The position numbers and the translations under genes were made by a program. A stretch of DNA of 64,000 nt. Source: Octopus vulgaris (lineage: Eukaryota). The notes beneath the pieces were generated by a model. That model worked only from the letters and a program-made list of their open reading frames with translations. It was not told the origin of the DNA and searched no databases. The stretch lies in the NCBI GenBank assembly GCA_951406725.2, contig OX597818.1:11470001-11534000 (forward strand). Reading direction: 5' to 3'. This document shows positions 56,828 through 64,000 of the stretch, piece by piece; position 1 is the first letter of the stretch, and each line of letters starts with the position of its first letter.

Positions 56828-57043
56828 CCCTTTAGCATTTAAGCCAGCCATAACCAGCCCAAATATTATAACTGTTTTATGTTCAAACTAGCCATGTCTG
56901 GCCTCTCACACCTACTTGACAGTGTCAACCTAAAATTAAGCAATCATATCACCAAAATTTCCAAACTACAAGATAATGCATGAATAATTCAAAATAATGT
57001 GAGTAAATATCACATCTGATAGAGTAATCTGAATGTTAAAGGG
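56828..57043. mobile_element. piggyBac-type MITE
   Basis: TTAA|CCCTTTAGCATT ... AATGTTAAAGGG|TTAA. Confidence 0.8.
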
Positions 57044-58328
57044 TTAATATTCATATTTCCTGTAGTTTAAGCAATAGCTTTAAGTCATTCAGCCATGTTA
57101 TAAACAGCTGATGACATATTATACAAATCTAGAGAAATATGTTTGAAAGAAAAGTGGGGTAAGAAACATTTTGACCCTCAAGAGTTTCATGACCATTATT
57201 TGGTCTTTGGATTCTTTTAGCAGAGTCTACTCTATTGAAGCATTCAAGCCAAGCCTTCAGAGAGGACATATCAAACACCTCACCCCTTTCTTTCTTTCTT
57301 TTTTCCCAAAATTTCTTTGAATTCCCCTTTTCAATAAGGAGATAACAATTTTGATCCCTACAAAACAACTTTTTTCAAAAAATAGGGGGAAATTTCAATT
57401 TCCCTCTATCCAACCAATATTTTCTTCAAAATACTGGTATGGTAGCTCAACATACTAGAAATAACAGCCAAATCTTCCTCAAACCACATACTTTTTACAA
57501 TTTATTAAATTAAAGAAAACATTGGATAATCTAATAGGTTAGAGTTTAGGGGCTATGTTTAAGGTTAAAGTACAGAGTTAGGATGTAATTGTAATCTCCA
57601 TATTTTTCAACATGAAATTCTCAAAAAGGTTTTGAAAAAGGTCAAATACAAAAAAAATTGAGGACAGAGTGGTGGTGGTTTTGGGGAGAGGAATTAAAAT
57701 TTTAGATGTTTTAGGTGGAGGGGAGACGCAAAATCAAAATCTTCATTGTTGAAAATATAAAAATCTAAAGAAATTATTTTGAAATATGAACAAGTGAACA
57801 TGCAACATTTGAGGGGATTTTACTGTTATCTCTAGTATGTCGAGAGATCACATTGAGGCCTACTAAATGTGTGCTAGTTCAACAGATATCTACACATGCA
57901 CAAATGAACAGACACATGTCTGTGTGTATTCTGAAAGCTGGGAGAGTGGAAGATAGAATTTTTAAAAATTGAAATCTATACGTTTTTCAGTGGAATTGAA
58001 ACAAAAATTAGAAATAAAAATTTAAAAAGTTAAAAATAAAAAAATCTGTGAAGTGTGTGTGTTTGTGTGTGCAGGGGTGGGGGATGCACATTTTGAAAGA
58101 TATTATTTTGGCAAAATTGGGCTCTCTGTTGTGAAAAACACAGGAGTTGAAAAATGTTTTTTACAATTAGAAACAGAAGCCCCACAGGGGACTGAGAGTA
58201 CTGTCCTTTCTCCTACAAGTAAGGCACACACAAAAAAAAAATAAATAACAAGATTCAATCTGAATTATATATAATGATGTTAATAAGTTAATTTTATATA
58301 TATATATATATAAGCAAGTTGGACTTAC

Positions 58329-58531
58329 GGCAAATCCAGTAACAATAGCTATTGAAGTAGATAGCAAGAGCTGCACGTTGTACTTTCCTTGGTTCCTTTT
58401 AAAATCTGAAGACCAACAACCTTCTGGAATAGGCAAATAATCCATATGGGAAAGTGTTTCCTTGTCAATATCTCTATCAGATTTCCAGTGAGCATGTCCA
58501 CTCATGTTGCAGGCTAAAACTGAGGAACGGC
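58329..58531 (-). CDS. prag01/Deltameth_res-domain small mitochondrial protein (CG7630/COX7B-like), internal exon
   Basis: Minus-strand acceptor ttctttcAG (58533-58532), donor GTAAGT (58328-58323); phase 1 in, phase 0 out. Encodes RSSVLACNMSGHAHWKSDRDIDKETLSHMDYLPIPEGCWSSDFKRNQGKYNVQLLLSTSIAIVTGFA. The MDxLPxPEGxW...Q.KYN..L motif plus a hydrophobic helix is typical of this domain. Confidence 0.8.
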
Positions 58532-58569
58532 CTGAAAGAATTACAAAAGAAAGAAATTCAGTTATTTAA

Positions 58570-59130
58570 TATTGGTTTCAAAATTTGGCACAAGGCCAGC
58601 AAGTTCTGGGGGAGGATGTAAGTTGATTATATTGACCCAGTGCTCAACTGGTACTTATTTTATTGACCCTGAAAGGATGAAAGACAAAAAAAAAATGAAA
58701 TCTGAACTAAGCATTCTGCCTGGTGTGCTAAAGATTCTGCCAGCCCACCATCTTACATGCAGCTATTTAATATTGGTCTCAAATTTTGGCACAAGATCAG
58801 CAATTTGGGGAAGGGTGTAAATCAATTATACTGACCCCAGTGCTGAAATGGTACTTATTTTATAGACCCCCTAAAGGATGAATGACAAAGTTGATCTCAG
58901 AATGTAAAGATGGATGAAATGCTGCAAAACATTTTGCTAAAGATTCTGCCAGGTTTCCACCTTAGTTATTTAATATTGACAACTAACAGTGATGTATACT
59001 TAGGAATGCAGAGTCTATTTAGTTGACATCCAGCACTTCATTAATACTCTATTTCATCAACCATGGAAAAATGAAAGGCCAAGTTGATATGAGAGATTTG
59101 AACACAAAGTGGTTTAGAATGTTGAACGAA
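58570..59130 (-). mobile_element. Three tandem Meta-domain SINE copies
   Basis: Minus-strand family motifs, each preceded by (g/c)tatttaatattg. Confidence 0.75.
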
Positions 59131-59297
59131 ATAAAATAAATAATTAATAATAATAATAAAGTTATTGTATACAGTGCTCAGGTGCACCACAACTTGTCAA
59201 AAGTGCATATAAAGCATATGCAGTAATGTACAAATGTCTGGGAAGTGAACAGTGTATGAGTCAGATTCATGCTTGCGTGTGTATGGAGGGGAGAAAT
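59131..59297 (-). mobile_element. CR1 3'UTR-only copy, inverted
   Basis: Reverse complement of 60079-60214 (about 8 differences in ~135 nt by hand alignment) with its own (TTA)n tail. Confidence 0.9.
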
Positions 59298-60230
59298 AAA
59301 GAGGACAGATCTGTACACTATAGATCTCTATTGCAATCAGACCTGGACACAATGCAGCAGTGGATCATGGACTGGCAACTCAAGCTGGCTGTGGACAAAT
59401 GTACCACCATGCATTTTGGGAGGAAAAACCTAGCATCTACTTACTCCCTCCACAACACTAATCTCAAAAAGTTTTCATGTGAACATGACCTGAGTGTTGT
59501 TGTCAACAGCGATTTGCGTTGGACAAAACACATCACTAAAATTACCAAGAAGGCTGAGGGTGGCTTGGCATCACTCACCAAGTCCTTTGTGAGCCACTCT
59601 CCGGCTATCTATCTGCGGCTTTATATAGCTATGGTACGACATCACCTGGAATTTGCATCACCGGTCTGAAATCCCTATCTTGCACAGGATATTAATCGTC
59701 TGGAAGCCGTTCAGCAATGTGCAACCAAGAGAATACCCTCCATCAGGCATTTGCCATATTCTGAATGCCTTACTTCCCTGGGCATGGACACATTGAAACT
59801 CCGACGTCTGGCAGCTGACTTGGCAGACACCCATAAAATTATTAACCATCTTACAAACAATAACTCTGAGCACCTTTTCAAACTCCACCTGTCTAACACC
59901 CGTGGACATGTTTACAAAGTCAGAAAACAGCACAGCTCCCATGACTTTCGGAAACATTTTTTCATGCTAAGAGTTGCTGAAGCATGGAACAGACTGCCGG
60001 CATCAGTTGTTAGTTGTCGGAGCACTACATCCTTCAAAACTTCCATGCTTCCTGAGATTCGCCAACACTACACCTGATTTTCTCCCCTCCATACATACGC
60101 AAGCATGTATCTGACTCATACACTGTTCTCTTCCCAGACATTTGTACATTACAGCATATACTTTATGCGCACTTTTTGACAAGTTGTGGTGCACCTGAGC
60201 ACTGTATACAATAATTTCATTATATTATTT
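59298..60230 (+). mobile_element. 5'-truncated CR1-clade LINE (RT C-terminus and 3'UTR)
   Basis: LQSDLD..QW..DWQLKL..DKC..MHFG...VRHHLEFASPV*NPY...LKLRRL..DL...TRGHVYKV...FF.LRV..AWNRLP; one nonsense codon (59667-59669), stop at 60075-60077. Confidence 0.92.
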
Positions 60231-62719
60231 TATAATTCAAAACAATATGAAAAAATAAGCATTATATTTGACAGAGTAATCTGAATGCTAAAGGATTAAA
60301 TGTGGATGCACCAAATACAATAACATATAGCCAATCTATGTTATAAAGTGGTTGGTGACACAAAGGGCTTATGACTATGAAACCATATCAAAAGAAGGGA
60401 CAGATGACAGTAGTAATTCTGGTTAAAGCCTGATACAGAGCAAAGGGAGATTCCTTAGTCTTATCACTGACAACTTGAGTACATTGTATCATGATGATGG
60501 CATGATAAAATAACCCAGTCCTGCTTATAGTGAGGCTAGTGAGAGGAAAGATAAGAAGCCATAAAAACACACATCTGCCTAACTTCTAAGTTAGGCAGAT
60601 CTTTTTTTTGTCAAGCGTGTGCTAGATTACAAAGAACTGTAATGTCAGTAAGATTTGACAGATGTTTGTTGCTATTTCTAGCACATTTAATTACCATAAA
60701 TTGACCTCAATTTGTTGTCTCATCAATTTTGTTTGGTATTCACATAAACATGAGAAGTTGTGAGAATTAAACATTGCTCAAAAATAAAGGAGAATAGATA
60801 CTGAACCACAGAATTACACAATTATCACCAGCTTCAAAACTATGACAAAAGAACTCATAGTCACTTGACCTCCTTAGATATAACCAAATCTCCTTCAAAT
60901 CACATGCTACCACCTTGTAAATGTTGGGACCAATTAGATAATGTAGTCTTATATAGGGATGGTTATATATGACAGTTTGGGCTACGAAGTGTTCATAGCT
61001 GAAATGTTGAACAGTTACTTTACAACACAACATATTCTAAATGTTTCCTCATATTCAAGCTTTGCACTATCTAAGTTTATTTCAGTCCTGATTCATGTAG
61101 TGTTGTACATAAAATATAAACTGTTACATTAATGATGAGCTGTCAAAAGCAAATTAAGCTACATACAATAGTGACAACTTAATTAATGATTGTTTTATAT
61201 AATAGCTAAATATGCCAGGCTTTTGATCAATGAAGGAAACTGGGGACATCACTGAGGAATGGTCAACAAGGTATGAAACAATCTCTCAGGAAATTCACCA
61301 CCTTTTTCTTTTTCACATCCAGTGAGTAGAAAGAGTGTTTACATTCTAAGTGTTTCTTTCATAGCAAGGCTTCCTAACATCTAAATTTAAATATAATCAC
61401 AGTCCTCCAGCTCTACTAGCTGAGTTAACAGAGTTCAATGCAACAATTTGTTTGTTAGAAATAGTGGTCAAATCCCCACCAAATTCTACCCAACCAACTA
61501 AAAAACATGTTCACAGAATAACATAATCCTAAATATACTGTAACTGAAAACAGGTGGGATTGTCAGGGTTGGATTGTGGGACGTTTCAAACAGAGTGTAC
61601 CTTGGGATTAGCAACAACAAAAAATATTAAAGACCACTTGAAGACACAAAGAGCAAGCTTCAACTCTCATATTCTCTACCACCTCCATCACAACAACACC
61701 TTCCTAAAAACTCTCCATTGCAACTAAGGCCAGTGTCCAGTCTAAAAAAAAAAAGTAACATCAATAACTTCATCTATTTCAAACACTGGGCTGGCATAAA
61801 CAGTACTACAGGTAAAGAGTTATATTCCTACCAAGCCAACAATCAGAACCTAAGAGAACTTCTACATGGTCATCTGACTTGCATGAAATAGCACCTTAGT
61901 CTTAAAATAGACATATTGAATAATGTAGTCTGAAATATAATGTTTGGATGATCATGGTTGGAGAAGCTAACCAACAGTAATAAAATGCAATATATGATAA
62001 ATGCATATTGCTGCTGTTGTAGCCATGTCAGCCCAGATCTAGCAGACATTCCAGTTGTGACCATATCATCTTAATTTTTCAAGAAGTGTATCTTATCTAG
62101 GACGAAATCATCACATGTGCCTTTCTTTTAAGACAATAAATGAGAGTCGTACAGACCAATGTTCTGGTTATTGTTTAGCCCCAAATAAATCCTAAGACTA
62201 TCATTTGTTGAAGCATTCTAGCCACAACCAGTCTTTTTTTTTTTCAAACTACAATACACACACACACACACATAGACTGAGGTTCTTTTATACACAAAAA
62301 TAATCTATTCCAGAGACCTGTTTGTTACACAAGTAACTCAATTACATCTAGAGCAATCTGTTTCAAGTCATACTCAAAATCTACATAAAGATGTGAAATG
62401 TTTTCAGGTTCAGTCTCACTGTATAGCACCTACTATAGCCTCAGGCCAACCAAAGTCTTGTGAGTAGATTTGGTAGACAGCAACTGAAAGAAGCCCATCA
62501 TGTGTGTGTGTGTGTGTCTTTTTATCTGTGTTTGTCCCCCACCACTGCTTGACAACTGGTGTTGGTGGGTTTACATCCCCGTAACTTAGTGGTTTGGCAA
62601 AAGAGTTCAACTGAATATGTACCAGGCATAGTCTGCTCGTGGTTTGTGGTTTGAATTTCAGCTCATTGGCTGAATATAATTTTCATCAGAAAAACTGCTT
62701 GCACACAATTGATTTAGTT

Positions 62720-62955
62720 TAATGGTTCTCAACCAGGGTCCATATAAAATTTTGATGTTAAAATTTATCTGCAATAAATTGGTTGTACTTCTACTACACA
62801 CAAAATATTCTAAGAATTTTTTTGTACCATTCCTAATGATATTTAATAATAAAAAATATAATGGGACTTTTTAAATAGTGAATGGCTAGGAGGGTCCATA
62901 CATGTAAAATAGGAATCACAGGGGTCCATAGGTAAACAATGGTTGAGAAACACAA
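62720..62955. mobile_element. hAT (Charlie/MER5-like) MITE
   Basis: Ends tggttctcaacc ... ggttgagaaacac with internal ggggtcc(a) motifs. Confidence 0.65.
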
Positions 62956-63324
62956 ATTTAGTTTATCATTCATATTCACTCTCCCAGCATTTATATATAG
63001 GTGTGCAGTCTACTCATTGTCTGTTGTTCAAATTTCAGCAAATGGTCTCAGAGTCACTTAAACGCATGCATTATTTGCTTCTAGTTTGATGATCAAATTT
63101 CAGTTTGATATGTGGGTTTAATTTTCTTCAAAAAGCCATTCATTATTTAATTTGTTTGCTTAGAGAACCGTTTATATATGGGTACCCCACAGTGTATGTA
63201 TGTTTGTATGTATATATATATATATACATATAGATAGATGTAGATGTGTGATAAGAAGCTTGCTTTACAACTATATGGTTCCTGGGAATGGATTTGATAG
63301 ATGGAAAGCAAAAGCAGCCCATCA

Positions 63325-63954
63325 TCTATACATATATAGATGTAAGTTGTTTGTCTAGATGTATGTTGCCATCTACACTCATTAATGAATTTTCGTGAAA
63401 CTTTTATTTTAAAATCTACATGCAAATTTATTTGTATGTCTACTGTAAAACTAAATGTCAATTCGTTTCTACATTCATTGTAAATCTATTTCAACACTAG
63501 CGCCCCTAAGGGTTATATTCTCTGGGAACACACAAAAGCCCTTTGAAGAGTTATTTACTTTGAATTGTTATTATCTCATATCCGATTAGCCTGTTATTAC
63601 ATAACATGCTTCACAATTTTGGTATACATACCTTATTGGTATTTCCTCCTAAGTTCTATATACTCTGGGAATGCATTAAAGCCCTTTCTGGGGCTACTTT
63701 ATTTGAATTCTTATCAGCTAACTAATTTCATGTTATTACGTAACTGACTTCATGAATTAGGTATTCATAGCTTATTGGGATTTCATAAAAACAAGATCCT
63801 ATGTAAGACAGTTTGGTATTCTCTGTAAATGCACAAAAACCGTTTCAAGGACTACATACTTTGTATTGTTGTTATTGGATTAGCAAAACAATTATAAGAA
63901 TGAAACCAAGGGATAAGCCCCATTTTTCCAGGAATTACCAGGTACGTCAGCTAG
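63325..63954 (+). mobile_element. Complete non-autonomous Helitron (630 bp) nested in a SINE
   Basis: A|TC at the 5' end, CTAG|T at the 3' end, degenerate subterminal hairpin ccaggaattaccagg, no TSD; the host SINE resumes on both sides. Confidence 0.75.
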
Positions 63955-64000
63955 TATGCGTATATAGATATATATGTGTGTGTCTTTGTCCTACCACTGC

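Noticed and set aside
58518-58540. CTGAGGA...GAAA hammerhead-like motif
   Set aside because: No helices I or III; explained by the antisense exon and its acceptor.
62618-62680. Candidate upstream exon of the COX7B-like gene
   Set aside because: The apparent donor is part of a SINE, and there is no targeting-peptide-like sequence.

Overview
AT-rich, microsatellite- and SINE-dense eukaryotic DNA. The repeat repertoire resembles a cephalopod (Octopus-like) genome; this is an inference from recognised repeat types. Nearly all ORFs in the supplied track are microsatellite artefacts. Reading splice sites by hand gives two convergent genes. (1) Four 3' coding exons of a Roundabout (Robo)-like receptor on + (428-562, 6225-6410, 17263-17540, 24547-24561). 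All phases are compatible, and the exons carry the Robo motif RPTSPxSTDSN and a His10 tract. (2) The last two coding exons of a small prag01/Deltameth_res-domain (CG7630/COX7B-like) mitochondrial protein on - (58531-58329, 54480-54421). The rest is transposon debris: a deleted mariner, Penelope-like, RTE, L1/Tx1, Dong/R4 and CR1 relics, non-autonomous Helitrons, piggyBac and hAT MITEs, and head-to-tail Meta-domain SINE arrays. The most unusual structures are a CR1 fragment bracketed by its own inverted 3'UTR, a Robo exon flanked by inverted repeats that begins with a recursive-splice-like AG|GT, and SINE arrays apparently built by insertion into (TAA)n tails. No database searches were run; family calls rest on motif recognition.
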